Shown in pieces: positions 1 through 9,642 of a DNA stretch of 36,314 nucleotides. The stretch is from contig JBMSSC010000011.1 in NCBI GenBank assembly GCA_049424145.1, forward strand, positions 1 to 36,314, in the 5' to 3' direction. This DNA comes from Bdellovibrionia bacterium (GTDB lineage: Bacteria > Bdellovibrionota > UBA1018). Every line of letters starts with the position of its first letter. Positions within the stretch are counted from its first letter, which is position 1. The notes beneath the pieces were generated by a model. It made no database searches, had not been told where the DNA came from, and saw only the letters and a program-made list of their open reading frames with translations. A program made the position numbers and the translations under genes.

Positions 1-1
1 G

Positions 2-661
2 GAGACGGGCTTGTTCGCAAAACTCGTTCTCCTCAGTCTTCTTCTGAGCTCAATTGTTTGCTGGTCCATCGTTTTTGCTAAGTGGAAAACCATCCGGTTA
101 GCCCGTCTTCAGAATGAAAAATTTATCTCCATTTTTTGGAACAGTAAGAACGTAGAGGAGATCATGCATAAAAGTGAAAAGTTCTCCAAATCTCCGGTTG
201 CCATGGTTTTTCAGGCGGGAGTCAAGGAGCTTCGTAGGTTCAATCAAACAGACAGCTCCATGAGTGGTGGATTTGAAAAGGTGGAGAACGTTCAGCGAGC
301 TTTGTTGCGATCATCCAATGAGCAAGTCTCCCGCTTAGAGAACCAACTGGGATGGCTAGCCACCACGGCAAGTGCGGCTCCTTTTGTGGGTTTATTTGGT
401 ACCGTCTGGGGGATCATGAATGCATTTCACAGCATCGGTCAAACCGGAGCAGCCAACCTGGCTGTGGTGGCCCCGGGAATCGCTGAAGCCCTCATTACCA
501 CGGCAACAGGAATTGGAGCAGCAATTCCTGCTGTGATTGCCTACAATTTCTTCTCAGGGGAGATCAAAAAAATAGCCTTAGAGATTGAAAGTTTTGCTCA
601 AGATTTTGTGAACATCATCCAGCGCACCTCGATTTCAACGAAGAAAGGAAATCAAGGATGA
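2..661 (+). CDS. tolQ: TolQ / MotA-TolQ-ExbB proton channel protein (probably 5'-partial)
   Basis: LATTASAAPFVGLFGTVWGIMNAF and VAPGIAEALITTATG signatures; first gene of a tolQRAB order. Frame is open from position 2, so the true start may lie upstream of the window (TTG at 11 is the first in-window start). Confidence 0.93.
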   Translation, partial: ETGLFAKLVLLSLLLSSIVCWSIVFAKWKTIRLARLQNEKFISIFWNSKNVEEIMHKSEKFSKSPVAMVFQAGVKELRRFNQTDSSMSGGFEKVENVQRALLRSSNEQVSRLENQLGWLATTASAAPFVGLFGTVWGIMNAFHSIGQTGAANLAVVAPGIAEALITTATGIGAAIPAVIAYNFFSGEIKKIALEIESFAQDFVNIIQRTSISTKKGNQG

Positions 662-1110
662 AAACCGGACCTAGCTCCTTCCATGCCCAACGCGGTCCCA
701 TTCGAGTGAACACTTCTCACCTGGCTGAAATCAATGTGACTCCTTTGGTGGATGTGATGCTCGTTCTTCTGATTGTCTTCATGGTTTCAGCCCCTCTGAT
801 GCAGCAAGGGGTTCACGTGAACCTCCCCAAAGCGGATGCAGGAAGCTTAAACGAGATGCCCGATCAGCTCATGATCAGCATTCAAAAATCCAAACAGATT
901 CTCTTGGGTGACCAAGTGGTTGCCTCAGGATCCTTGCACACGAAGCTTGAAGCCATCGTTGCAGCCAAACCTCAAATTGAAGTGGTGATTCAAGCGGATC
1001 AAGCCGTCAGTTATGGGTTTGTGGCTCAAGTGATGGCCGAGGTTAAAAAATCAGGCATAAGCAAGGTGGGTCTAGCCACCGATGCAGGGGATCGAACGAG
1101 TCGACTTTAA
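658..1110 (+). CDS. tolR: TolR / ExbD family protein
   Basis: AEINVTPLVDVMLVLLIVFMV TM signature; IQADQAVSYG motif; ATGA overlap with tolQ. Confidence 0.93.
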   Translation: MKTGPSSFHAQRGPIRVNTSHLAEINVTPLVDVMLVLLIVFMVSAPLMQQGVHVNLPKADAGSLNEMPDQLMISIQKSKQILLGDQVVASGSLHTKLEAIVAAKPQIEVVIQADQAVSYGFVAQVMAEVKKSGISKVGLATDAGDRTSRL

Positions 1111-1183
1111 AACTCAAGGAAGTTTTTCTTTCACCCTAGGAGTCACTTAGAACCCTTTAGAAAACCTCAAAGGACACTCACCC

Positions 1184-1930
1184 ATGCACGCTCAAGAACA
1201 CTGGCGCTCGAGTCTTCAGCAGTCAATTTTGTTTCATCTTTGGATCGCTGGGATCATCGCTTTTCAGTCCATCCTCTGGCCTTCATCGCCGAAACCCTAT
1301 GTGCCCGTTCTTCGGGTGGACGTCGTTGCGCTGCCTGAGCAACTCAAATCGGAGGCCTTTCGTGAGAAGCAAAGCCAACTCAAAAAGGACATTTCAGAAA
1401 TCTTAAAAAGCGCTGAGAAATCGGCCAAGGCTCGAACCGCTGAAATGAAACTTCAACAAAAGAAATCGTTTTCCTCAAAAGTTGAGGCCCGCAACCGACG
1501 AGCTTTGGATCGAATTAAGTCTTTAAGTCACATCGAAGAGGAGAACTCCGGGGCGGAAGCTGATCTTTCCACCTCGGAGCTGAAGACTCGACTTGCCCTG
1601 GGCAATCAACTCTCCCCCGGCACCTCTGAAGCCGCCGATGCAAAAGAGGCACAGGAAGCTAATTACCTAGACCTGGTTCGCGACCGACTCCGTGAAAACT
1701 GGATTCTTCCAGCCTGGCTTTCCAAACAAAATTGGCAGGCGCAAGTGCAAATTTGGTTGAATTCTCAAGGGGGCCTCAAGGATCTTCGTTTCTTAAAGTC
1801 CTCAGGGAATGTTCAATTTGATGAGGCCGTTAAAAAAGCGGTGCGGGATAGCCAGCCTTTTCCCGAGCCCCCTCAGGAATTCAAATCCACCCTGCTGACC
1901 GATGGCATTTTGATGGGCTTTCCATTATAG
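1184..1930 (+). CDS. tolA: TolA/TonB-family energy transducer
   Basis: N-terminal TM with SxxxH (SILFH), charged helical linker, C-terminal TonB_2-like domain (SSGNVQFDEAVKKAV...PFPEPP); lies between tolR and tolB. Confidence 0.8.
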   Translation: MHAQEHWRSSLQQSILFHLWIAGIIAFQSILWPSSPKPYVPVLRVDVVALPEQLKSEAFREKQSQLKKDISEILKSAEKSAKARTAEMKLQQKKSFSSKVEARNRRALDRIKSLSHIEEENSGAEADLSTSELKTRLALGNQLSPGTSEAADAKEAQEANYLDLVRDRLRENWILPAWLSKQNWQAQVQIWLNSQGGLKDLRFLKSSGNVQFDEAVKKAVRDSQPFPEPPQEFKSTLLTDGILMGFPL

Positions 1931-1938
1931 TAGCTGCG

Positions 1939-3303
1939 ATGATCACACAGCTCATGTCTTTTTGGATTGGTGCGGGCTTTGTTGTTTCTGCCCTGGGGCC
2001 TTCATTGGGGTATTCAGCCGACTCCCCAACAAATTACATTTCAGTGGGCCAGGCTCAAACGAAGAAATCCGTCGTTGGTTTTCCGGCCATTCAGATGAAC
2101 TCAGAGATCCCCTCCCAGTATGGAAAAACCCTTTCTGAAACCATTGAAAAAGACCTGATATTCATGGGGACGTTCAGCCTTTTAGATCGCGCTGCTTTTC
2201 ACTCAGAACAAAAACAATCTGGTATTGAGCCAGGCACGTTTCAACTCTCCGAGTGGTCGAGCCAAGGAGCTGAATTCCTCATTCTCTCCCGCCTGAAAAA
2301 AGAAAACGCAGAAACCCTCTCGTTTGAAACTCACGTCTATGAGGTCGCCACTGCCAAAGAACTTCTCTCCCGAACCTACTGGACAACCCCGAAGCAAATG
2401 AAGGAAGCCGCTCACACCTTTGCAAATGACTTCGTTCAAAGTGTGACTCATTTACCGGGGATTTTCCTCACCAAGATTGCCATGTCTTGTGATCGGAGCG
2501 GAAAAAAGGAAATCTACGTGATGAACTTCGACGGATCTGAGGTGAGGCAAGTCACTCACCATCAATCCGTGTCGTTCGGACCGGCGTGGAACCCCGAGGG
2601 AAACAAGCTTGCTTACTCGGTGATCACGCGACACTCAGGGAATATTAAGAACATCGATCTTTTTGAGTTTGATCTTACGGAAAACTCAATTCGAATTTTA
2701 TCGAGTAAAAAAGGGATCAACAGTGGTCCAGCCTACACTCCTGACGGAAAGAGCCTGGCCCTCACGCTCAGTTACACAGGAAACGCCGAGATTTATCTTC
2801 TCAATTTAGAATCCAAAGCTCTTACGCCCCTCACGCACTCCGGGGGTTTGGACGTGGATCCGGCCTGGAGTTCCGATGGGAAACACTTAGCCTTTGTTTC
2901 CTCTCGCAGTGGAAGGCCCATGATTTTTAGCGCCAAATCCGATGGTTCTCAGGTGCAGCGCCTCACCTTAGCTGGAAAGTACAATGCAACCCCAAGTTGG
3001 TCTCCTCAGAATCAGAAAATTGCCTTTGCAGGATGGATTGACAAAAAATTTGATATTTTTATGATGAACTCGGATGGAACCCACATGGAGCGACTCACAA
3101 AAGACCAGGGCAATAATGAAGACCCTTTTTTCAGCCCCGATGGGAACTTTATCGTGTTCAGCTCAAATCGAACTGGCCAGAAAAACATTTATGTGATGAA
3201 TTTCGAAGGTACTTTTGTCAAGCGTTTAACGTATGGACTAGGGAACTGTGTTTCTCCTAAATGGTCTAATCCTCCCGCTTTGAGGACCATAAAAACAAAC
3301 TAG
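1939..3303 (+). CDS. tolB: TolB, Tol-Pal beta-propeller protein
   Basis: Signal peptide, TolB N-domain (AHTFAND...PGIFLTKIA), repeated PAWSxDG/PFFSPDG PD40 blades. Confidence 0.93.
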   Translation: MITQLMSFWIGAGFVVSALGPSLGYSADSPTNYISVGQAQTKKSVVGFPAIQMNSEIPSQYGKTLSETIEKDLIFMGTFSLLDRAAFHSEQKQSGIEPGTFQLSEWSSQGAEFLILSRLKKENAETLSFETHVYEVATAKELLSRTYWTTPKQMKEAAHTFANDFVQSVTHLPGIFLTKIAMSCDRSGKKEIYVMNFDGSEVRQVTHHQSVSFGPAWNPEGNKLAYSVITRHSGNIKNIDLFEFDLTENSIRILSSKKGINSGPAYTPDGKSLALTLSYTGNAEIYLLNLESKALTPLTHSGGLDVDPAWSSDGKHLAFVSSRSGRPMIFSAKSDGSQVQRLTLAGKYNATPSWSPQNQKIAFAGWIDKKFDIFMMNSDGTHMERLTKDQGNNEDPFFSPDGNFIVFSSNRTGQKNIYVMNFEGTFVKRLTYGLGNCVSPKWSNPPALRTIKTN

Positions 3304-3342
3304 AACTTTTTTTATTTTAAATCGAATGAAGAGCTCACTTTT

Positions 3343-3726
3343 ATGATGCAACACACCCAGTTTTATTTAAAAGATATCGAAACCTTAAGCGAAGCGCTTA
3401 AACTAGAAAACTTAAAAGAAATCGATGGAAAACTCAGACGCAGCTACTTGGATCGTTTAGCGGTTCGAGTCCGACAACTGAGAAAATACTTGGTTCTCCG
3501 AGACTGGGAAAAACTCAGGGAGATCTCCATTCAACTCGCACTCAGTGGTGAGGCATTTGGGTTTGATGAAATCTCCCACCTGGCCCGCGAGGTGCGAAGA
3601 ACCATTCCTAAAGGAAAAATTCCACGAGCGGCAACCCCGGGACGAGCCAAAGAGGCCACCGAAGCGCTCATGCTTGCAATTGACTCGATTCTCATGGAAA
3701 GCTTTTTTCTGAGAAAACTCCAGTAA
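3343..3726 (+). CDS. Hpt-like (histidine phosphotransfer fold) protein lacking the canonical His
   Basis: DWEKLREISIQLALSGEAFGFDEISHLAREV aligns by eye to the Hpt pattern D...hH.LKGS...hGF..IS..A; Ile63 sits at the His position. Confidence 0.6.
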   Translation: MMQHTQFYLKDIETLSEALKLENLKEIDGKLRRSYLDRLAVRVRQLRKYLVLRDWEKLREISIQLALSGEAFGFDEISHLAREVRRTIPKGKIPRAATPGRAKEATEALMLAIDSILMESFFLRKLQ

Positions 3727-3740
3727 AAAGGGAAGAAACT

Positions 3741-5021
3741 ATGGCCCAAAAACGCGTGATGATCGTCAACGGGGTGAGAACCCCTTTTGTCCGAGCCCGA
3801 GGGGTTTTTCAGAAACTCCCTCCCTCTAGCTTAGGAGGCGTGGTCCTTCGCGAGACCATCGCCCGCTCCTGCATTGACCCAGAATCGGTGGATGAAGTGT
3901 ATTTTGGGATCGTCAGCCCTCCGTCCGAGGGGACTAACGTTTCTCGAGAAGCGCTATTTGACTCAGGACTTCCCCCAAGCATTGCCTGCACCACTATCAA
4001 CCGTTACTGTGCCTCAGCCGGTGAAGCGGCAGCAGGGATTGCAGCCAAGATCGCCTCAGGGCAAATTGATGTGGGGCTTGCAGGAGGAGTGGAGTCCATT
4101 AGCTCCATTCGTGCAATTTTTAGCCAACAAGCCACGGATTTTTTTCAAGACTTTACCCGCCTGAAGACCCCGCTTGAAAAACTCTCTCACCTGTCTCGTT
4201 TTAGGCCCGAGTTGCTCATGCCTCATGCACCCGGAATTAAGGAACCCACAACGGGACTCACCATGGGGCAATCGGCCGATCTCATGGCTCGTGAGTTTCA
4301 AATCACACGCGAAGAACAGGATCGGTTTGCTTTAGACAGTCACTTAAAAGCCCACAATGCATGGGAGCGTGGGTTTTATAAAACCCATGTTGTCCCCGTG
4401 GCCACCCCTCAGGGTGTGGTCATTGAGCGCGATACGGATATTCGCCCCGATAGTTCCCTTGAGAAAATGGGGCAACTGAGACCCTCTTTCTACAAAGACG
4501 GAACCATCACGGCAGCCAATGCAAGTCCTCTGACGGACGGTGCAGCCGCAGTTCTTCTGATGAGTGAAGCAAAGGTGAAGGAAACCAAGGCTCAACCTTT
4601 GGGTGTGATTCGCGCTGTGGCCAATGCTGCGGTGGATATTAAAAAAGAACCCCTGCTCATTGGACCTGCTTTTGCAATTCCCAAGGCTTTAAAAATGGCG
4701 GGTATCCAATGGTCGGACTTAGACCTCGTTGAAATGCACGAAGCGTTTGCAGCCCAAGCCCTCTCGACGATTCGTGCCATTGAGTCCAAATCCTGGGCCA
4801 AAGAAAAGCTGGGCTTAGATCATGCTATTGGACAGGTGGATCCGGCTTGCTTCAATGTCAATGGAGGGAGCATCCCCATTGGTCATCCCTTTGGTGCCAC
4901 CGGTGCTCGACTCATCATTCAGCTCCTGCTTGAGCTCCGAGCACGAAAGAAAAACCTAGGCTTAATCTCCATTTGTGCCGCCGGGGGATTGGGCTTTGTG
5001 ATGATTGTAGAAGCCATTTAA
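3741..5021 (+). CDS. fadI: Acetyl-CoA C-acyltransferase (thiolase, FadI-like)
   Basis: RTPF, NRYCAS (catalytic Cys), HEAFAAQ, GHPFGATG and CAAGG motifs; HEAF is typical of FadI/TFE-beta thiolases. Confidence 0.85.
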   Translation: MAQKRVMIVNGVRTPFVRARGVFQKLPPSSLGGVVLRETIARSCIDPESVDEVYFGIVSPPSEGTNVSREALFDSGLPPSIACTTINRYCASAGEAAAGIAAKIASGQIDVGLAGGVESISSIRAIFSQQATDFFQDFTRLKTPLEKLSHLSRFRPELLMPHAPGIKEPTTGLTMGQSADLMAREFQITREEQDRFALDSHLKAHNAWERGFYKTHVVPVATPQGVVIERDTDIRPDSSLEKMGQLRPSFYKDGTITAANASPLTDGAAAVLLMSEAKVKETKAQPLGVIRAVANAAVDIKKEPLLIGPAFAIPKALKMAGIQWSDLDLVEMHEAFAAQALSTIRAIESKSWAKEKLGLDHAIGQVDPACFNVNGGSIPIGHPFGATGARLIIQLLLELRARKKNLGLISICAAGGLGFVMIVEAI

Positions 5022-5029
5022 ACGATAAA

Positions 5030-5097
5030 AAACAGCCCCCTGAGCCTCGTCCACCCTCTTTTTTTCTGAGAGTCTGGAGAGGTTCAGTGGGCTGTTT
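5030..5097. terminator. Long imperfect hairpin between convergent thiolase and recA genes (likely bidirectional terminator/stabiliser)
   Basis: AAACAGCCCCCTGAGCCTC (5030-5048) pairs with GAGGTTCAGTGGGCTGTTT (5079-5097) at 17/19 positions; the stem extends inward (TCCA/TGGA). Confidence 0.6.
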
Positions 5098-5134
5098 AAG
5101 AAGGGGTGAGAAGAAAACGCCTAGACTCCTAGGC

Positions 5135-6352
5135 TCACTTCTTTGAGTTACTTTGAGCCGGTTGCGCTTCGGCTTTTGAAGCATTCAGGTTGCCAGAGGT
5201 CATCGCAGAAGGGACGACCGGAGGCTTTGCTCCTTTAGCACTCATCGGTGCACTGGCTCCCGCTGCAGAGGGTGCAGGGGATGGTTGTGCCGCAGCAGAA
5301 GCCATCACTCCAATGCCTGCTTTTTTCAGTACTGCTTCACGAATGCTGAGTAAATGCTCGGGGTGCTCTTTGAGGTAGGCTTTTGCGTTTTCTCGTCCTT
5401 GACCAATTCGTTCGTCTTTATAAGTGTACCAGGTTCCACTCTTATCAATAACGTTCATGCTGGTAGCTAAATCCAGTAGATCGCCTTCTTTTGAAATCCC
5501 TTCGCCATAAATAATGTCAAACTCGACTTCTTTAAACGGAGGAGCCATCTTGTTTTTCACCACTTTGACGCGAGTCCGATTCCCAATGACGCTCTCACCT
5601 TCTTTAATGGCTGAAATACGACGAATATCCAAACGCACAGAGGAGTAGAACTTCAATGCATTTCCCCCGGTGGTGGTTTCTGGGTTTCCAAACATGACCC
5701 CAATTTTCATACGAATCTGGTTAATAAAAATCACCAAAGTCTTACTTCGATTGATGGTTCCAGTGAGTTTTCTTAACGCCTGACTCATTAAACGGGCTTG
5801 AAGACCCATATGAGAGTCTCCCATTTCCCCTTCGATCTCAGCCCGAGGCACTAAGGCTGCCACGGAGTCAATGACCAATAAATCCACGCCCCCTGATCTC
5901 ACTAACATATCGGCAATTTCAAGGGCTTGCTCACCTGTGTCAGGCTGAGAGATCAAAAGATCATCTGTTTTCACTCCGAGTTTTCTTGCATAATTCACAT
6001 CTAATGCATGCTCTGCATCAATGAAAGCAGCCGTGCCGCCTTGCTTCTGAGCCTCTGCAATCGAGTGAAGCGTCAGTGTAGTCTTCCCTGAGGCTTCAGG
6101 TCCGTAAATCTCAATGATTCGACCTCGAGGATAGCCCCCAATGCCCAAGGCCATATCTAAACTTAAAGATCCCGTTGGTACAGCAGCCACGTCTTGGGAA
6201 ACCAGCGTTTCCTCGGCCCCTAAACGCATAATGGAGCCTTTGCCAAACTGTTTTTCAATCGCTTGGACCGCTAGGTCAATGGCTTTGGTTCTTTGAGCGT
6301 GGGCAGAGGGATCTTGGCTCATCTTCTTATCATTCATTGATTTGTCATTCAT
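5135..6352 (-). CDS. recA: Recombinase RecA with Ala/Pro/Ser-rich C-terminal tail
   Basis: GPEASGKTT Walker [46 protein letters not shown]. Confidence 0.99.
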   Translation of the reverse strand: MNDKSMNDKKMSQDPSAHAQRTKAIDLAVQAIEKQFGKGSIMRLGAEETLVSQDVAAVPTGSLSLDMALGIGGYPRGRIIEIYGPEASGKTTLTLHSIAEAQKQGGTAAFIDAEHALDVNYARKLGVKTDDLLISQPDTGEQALEIADMLVRSGGVDLLVIDSVAALVPRAEIEGEMGDSHMGLQARLMSQALRKLTGTINRSKTLVIFINQIRMKIGVMFGNPETTTGGNALKFYSSVRLDIRRISAIKEGESVIGNRTRVKVVKNKMAPPFKEVEFDIIYGEGISKEGDLLDLATSMNVIDKSGTWYTYKDERIGQGRENAKAYLKEHPEHLLSIREAVLKKAGIGVMASAAAQPSPAPSAAGASAPMSAKGAKPPVVPSAMTSGNLNASKAEAQPAQSNSKK

Positions 6353-6562
6353 AGTTTTCTCATTTACTCCTCGGTTTGATTTTTGAACCGAACTCTCTCT
6401 TATGATCTCAGCAATTCTACTTCATGGTCACAGCAATGGCCGTACCGCAATCCCTAACCTGAAAGAACCTCAGTCATTTCTTCTGACTTCTTCTTTGGGC
6501 TTTCAATTTCCGATTCACTCCAATCACAATCCATCCTTAAAACCATATCTTTGTATGGCTGT

Positions 6563-7108
6563 CTAGAGAATCCGCCCCCATTGCAGCAACAAAATCACAC
6601 CTAAAGTCTGAAGAGCTGCCACCAGATCATCGGCAACCACACCCACGCCCCCCATCCAAGCAGACGAATGGTTCTTGGACCACTGATCGATTTGTCGGAC
6701 GGGAGGGAGCTTAAAGCCATCAAAAAAACGAAACAAGAAGAACGCCACCACCCAAGCCATGCTGGGCTGGGGTTGAAGGCTTAGGGTTGAAATCCCAAAG
6801 CCAACGACTTCATCGATGACGATGTTTTGGTTGTCTCCGGTGTTCATGAGTTGATCAAATCGAGTAGCACACCAGACCCCAAACCCACTGAGCAAAACCC
6901 AAAATCCTAAAGAAAAACCGAGACTCCAAGAATTCACCCAGTAAGCCAAAGGAACAGCGGCTAAAGTCCCCATCGTCCCCGGCATCTTGGGAAAAAGACC
7001 TGCGCCAAAGACGGTTGCCCCGAGAAAAACAACCCAAGACGTAGGACCGGAAACCTGGTTCCAATCCATCTTGCGACGCACCGAATCTTTTCTCATCTCC
7101 AAAAGCAA
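6563..7108 (-). CDS. pgpA: Phosphatidylglycerophosphatase A
   Basis: PGTMGTL, IVIDEVVG, FRFFDxxK and GVVADDLVA motifs; exact start uncertain (7108-7069). Confidence 0.92.
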   Translation of the reverse strand: MLLEMRKDSVRRKMDWNQVSGPTSWVVFLGATVFGAGLFPKMPGTMGTLAAVPLAYWVNSWSLGFSLGFWVLLSGFGVWCATRFDQLMNTGDNQNIVIDEVVGFGISTLSLQPQPSMAWVVAFFLFRFFDGFKLPPVRQIDQWSKNHSSAWMGGVGVVADDLVAALQTLGVILLLQWGRIL

Positions 7109-7184
7109 CCTCCTGTTTTTTCAGCTATTTTTCCATTATTTTTTAAGGTGCTCCAGACCAAATTAAGCTAAACTCGACGCTACC

Positions 7185-8426
7185 ATGAATCCACTGCCTG
7201 GGGCTACGCTTCGAAAAAAATACAACTTTAGAACAGACATCCTCGATATCATCATTGGAGGCAAATCCACAATTGATTCGCCCCATCCGTTTCAAATTTT
7301 TAACTTAAATGAAACTCATTTATTTATAAAAAGTTATGGCTATGATCTGGACAACCCGATTGAAAATGCCGAACTTTTTGGAAACTTTCATGAGGCTGTG
7401 AGCTTTATTCGGAAGCACTTTCTGAAGCCTGAGAACCCAAATGGACTCAAGCTGGAGATCCCCAGGAAGATCTTAGAGCTCACCAACATTAAAGACCTTT
7501 TCTCCATGATTGGCAATATTTCTGCCCCTGCACAACCTGAGGGAATGGCACGAACCCTTCAAAACTGGACCTGCAGCATCCTGAAAGTCATGCACACCAT
7601 TGCCCACATTGACAAGGATTTGCGATCTTCTTATTTTGCAGAAATTCAAAAACAAATCTTCGATCGCTTCTACAAGTCCATTCACCGGGATTCCGAAGGG
7701 AAACTCTTTTTTGGGGAAACCGAAAAAGACCCTCTTCGCGTCGATCTTGTGGCATTTGAGACGAAGCCAAAAAAATCAAGAGAGTCCATTACATTAAAAC
7801 TCCTACACAAGCCTGAGAATGTGGCGGAGGATATTTTTGATCGGGTTGGAGTTCGATTCATCACTCACACCCGACTGGATGCCCTCCGCGTGATCAAGTA
7901 CCTGAAAGAAAAAATGATCATTATGGCGCCCAATATTAAGCCCAGTCGCTCTCGCAACACTCTCGTTCCAATTGATGCGTTTAAATCCGAACTTGAAACC
8001 CTACTTCCTGAACTAGAAACTGGCGCCTTAAGCGAAAAAAAATTCATCGAAAAACTCGAACGAATTCCCTTCTCCTCAGCAAACGCCGACAACCCTCACT
8101 CCAGCGAACACTACAAAGCCATTCAGTTCACCTGCCGGCAGCTCATCAAGTTAAGCAACCCTCTTTACGCCGATCTGCGGGATTTAAAAGCACTCGTCAA
8201 AAATCGCTCCGTCGACGACGATATTCTTAAAACCATCGAGAAGATTGACTTAAAGTACACTCAGCGGGAAATTCGCTTCTTTTATCCGTTTGAGGTTCAA
8301 GTGATGGATCAAAAGAGCGCAGAGGAAAATGAAAAAGGACGAAGTGCTCACAGCGAGTATAAACGCTCACAGGTCTTAACCGCCATGAAGCGCGTGATGG
8401 GAGCATTGGTGGATGAGGCTCGATAG
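7185..8426 (+). CDS. TIGR04552/TIGR04562-like protein; RelA/SpoT-type nucleotidyltransferase domain
   Basis: KKSRESITLKLLHK, DIFDRVGVRFIT, YKAIQ, PFEVQVMD and AHSEYK parallel the RelA/SpoT synthetase motif series; about 400 aa. Family name is from recall. Confidence 0.75.
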   Translation: MNPLPGATLRKKYNFRTDILDIIIGGKSTIDSPHPFQIFNLNETHLFIKSYGYDLDNPIENAELFGNFHEAVSFIRKHFLKPENPNGLKLEIPRKILELTNIKDLFSMIGNISAPAQPEGMARTLQNWTCSILKVMHTIAHIDKDLRSSYFAEIQKQIFDRFYKSIHRDSEGKLFFGETEKDPLRVDLVAFETKPKKSRESITLKLLHKPENVAEDIFDRVGVRFITHTRLDALRVIKYLKEKMIIMAPNIKPSRSRNTLVPIDAFKSELETLLPELETGALSEKKFIEKLERIPFSSANADNPHSSEHYKAIQFTCRQLIKLSNPLYADLRDLKALVKNRSVDDDILKTIEKIDLKYTQREIRFFYPFEVQVMDQKSAEENEKGRSAHSEYKRSQVLTAMKRVMGALVDEAR

Positions 8427-9636
8427 TGATATCGCACTGGTCGGAACCGGTGTTGCGCCTCTGATTGCGGCCCATCATCTGTTCATCCAGGGGAAATCCG
8501 TTCTTTTGCTGAATCCGGATTTGGATTTCTTTCTTGAGGACTCAGAACTCCCGCTTGACCCCATGCTCTTGAAACTTCCTGACCCTAGGCGCCTGGAGCG
8601 AAGTCACCCTGAGCGATGCATCCAGCTGTTACGCCCAGACTTTCCCGGAGCCATTGAGCTGTGGTCGGCCGATGCAGAAACCAAAGAGGGCAAGAAAACA
8701 GGATTTCATGACCCGGATGCTCCCCACGTGCGAAAACGGGGGAGACTATGGGTTGCCTCTTCGTCGGAAAAAACCCAAGGCTGGAGCTGGGAAGGACTAG
8801 AGGAGCTTTATGTGAAGGCCTCAGACGAAGGCTTAGACCCTCAGATCAGCCCCACGTTTTTGCGACGCTTCCCCGGCCTAGGCTCAACCCCAAACGAGTC
8901 TCGCACTCTGTATCTTCCCAAAGTCTGTGACGTTGACGTCTCTCGATATCGTAACGGTCTGCTGGAATTTGTCCGTGAACGCCTCAGTAGCCAACGCGTG
9001 CTTTGTGATGTCCATCAGATTGAAAGAATCCCCGACGGCATTCGCTTTTATCTCGATGGCTCTCCCCACACGGCTAAGCTCAACGAGGGAATGCTCGTCT
9101 TTTGGACTCCTCGCTTAAGCAATTGGATTCTCGCTCAATGCAAACAGCTTGAGCGGAAGCCACCTCTGCCAAACGGTGTGCAGCGATGGGAGCAATGGTT
9201 CATCAACTCGCGCGATCCCCTCGATCCGTCTATAGTCGGCATGTTTGCTGACATGGCTGTTTGGGCCGAGTTTGAAGGCTCTCCCCCTCCGCTCAGTCTT
9301 GCAACCCAGAAGGATCCCAATCCCAAACTTCTTACGCTGAGCGTTTTAAGAAACGCAGGAACACAGCGAGACTCTTGGGTATCCTCCGAGTCATTTGCGG
9401 CCCTCTCCCAGTTGTGCCGAGGCTTCTTGCGGTGGGATCGATTTTCAGTTCGAAGCTTGAAGGTCCGGGAACTTTTAGATTGGTCAAACCCAGCGCCTTG
9501 GCTCTTGTCGCCAAACGATCCTCCCATTTGGATCGTTCCTCAAAGCGATGGACCGTTGACCGACGTGGTGGAAGCGGCACGAGCAGCCTGTGAACTCAAA
9601 TGGTCCCCCTCACACGCTCAGGGCATCGGGAGGTAA
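8413..9636 (+). CDS. FAD-dependent oxidoreductase-like protein (DAO-like), degenerate dinucleotide motif
   Basis: N-terminal beta-alpha-beta DIALVGTGVAPLIAAHHL...GKSVLLLN; 14-nt overlap with the upstream gene. Confidence 0.55.
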   Translation: MRLDSDIALVGTGVAPLIAAHHLFIQGKSVLLLNPDLDFFLEDSELPLDPMLLKLPDPRRLERSHPERCIQLLRPDFPGAIELWSADAETKEGKKTGFHDPDAPHVRKRGRLWVASSSEKTQGWSWEGLEELYVKASDEGLDPQISPTFLRRFPGLGSTPNESRTLYLPKVCDVDVSRYRNGLLEFVRERLSSQRVLCDVHQIERIPDGIRFYLDGSPHTAKLNEGMLVFWTPRLSNWILAQCKQLERKPPLPNGVQRWEQWFINSRDPLDPSIVGMFADMAVWAEFEGSPPPLSLATQKDPNPKLLTLSVLRNAGTQRDSWVSSESFAALSQLCRGFLRWDRFSVRSLKVRELLDWSNPAPWLLSPNDPPIWIVPQSDGPLTDVVEAARAACELKWSPSHAQGIGR

Positions 9637-9642
9637 ATTGAG

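Noticed and set aside
6353..6562. LexA/SOS box upstream of recA
   Set aside because: No convincing match to the SOS-box patterns I checked by eye (GAAC-N-GTTC, TTAC-N3-GTAA).
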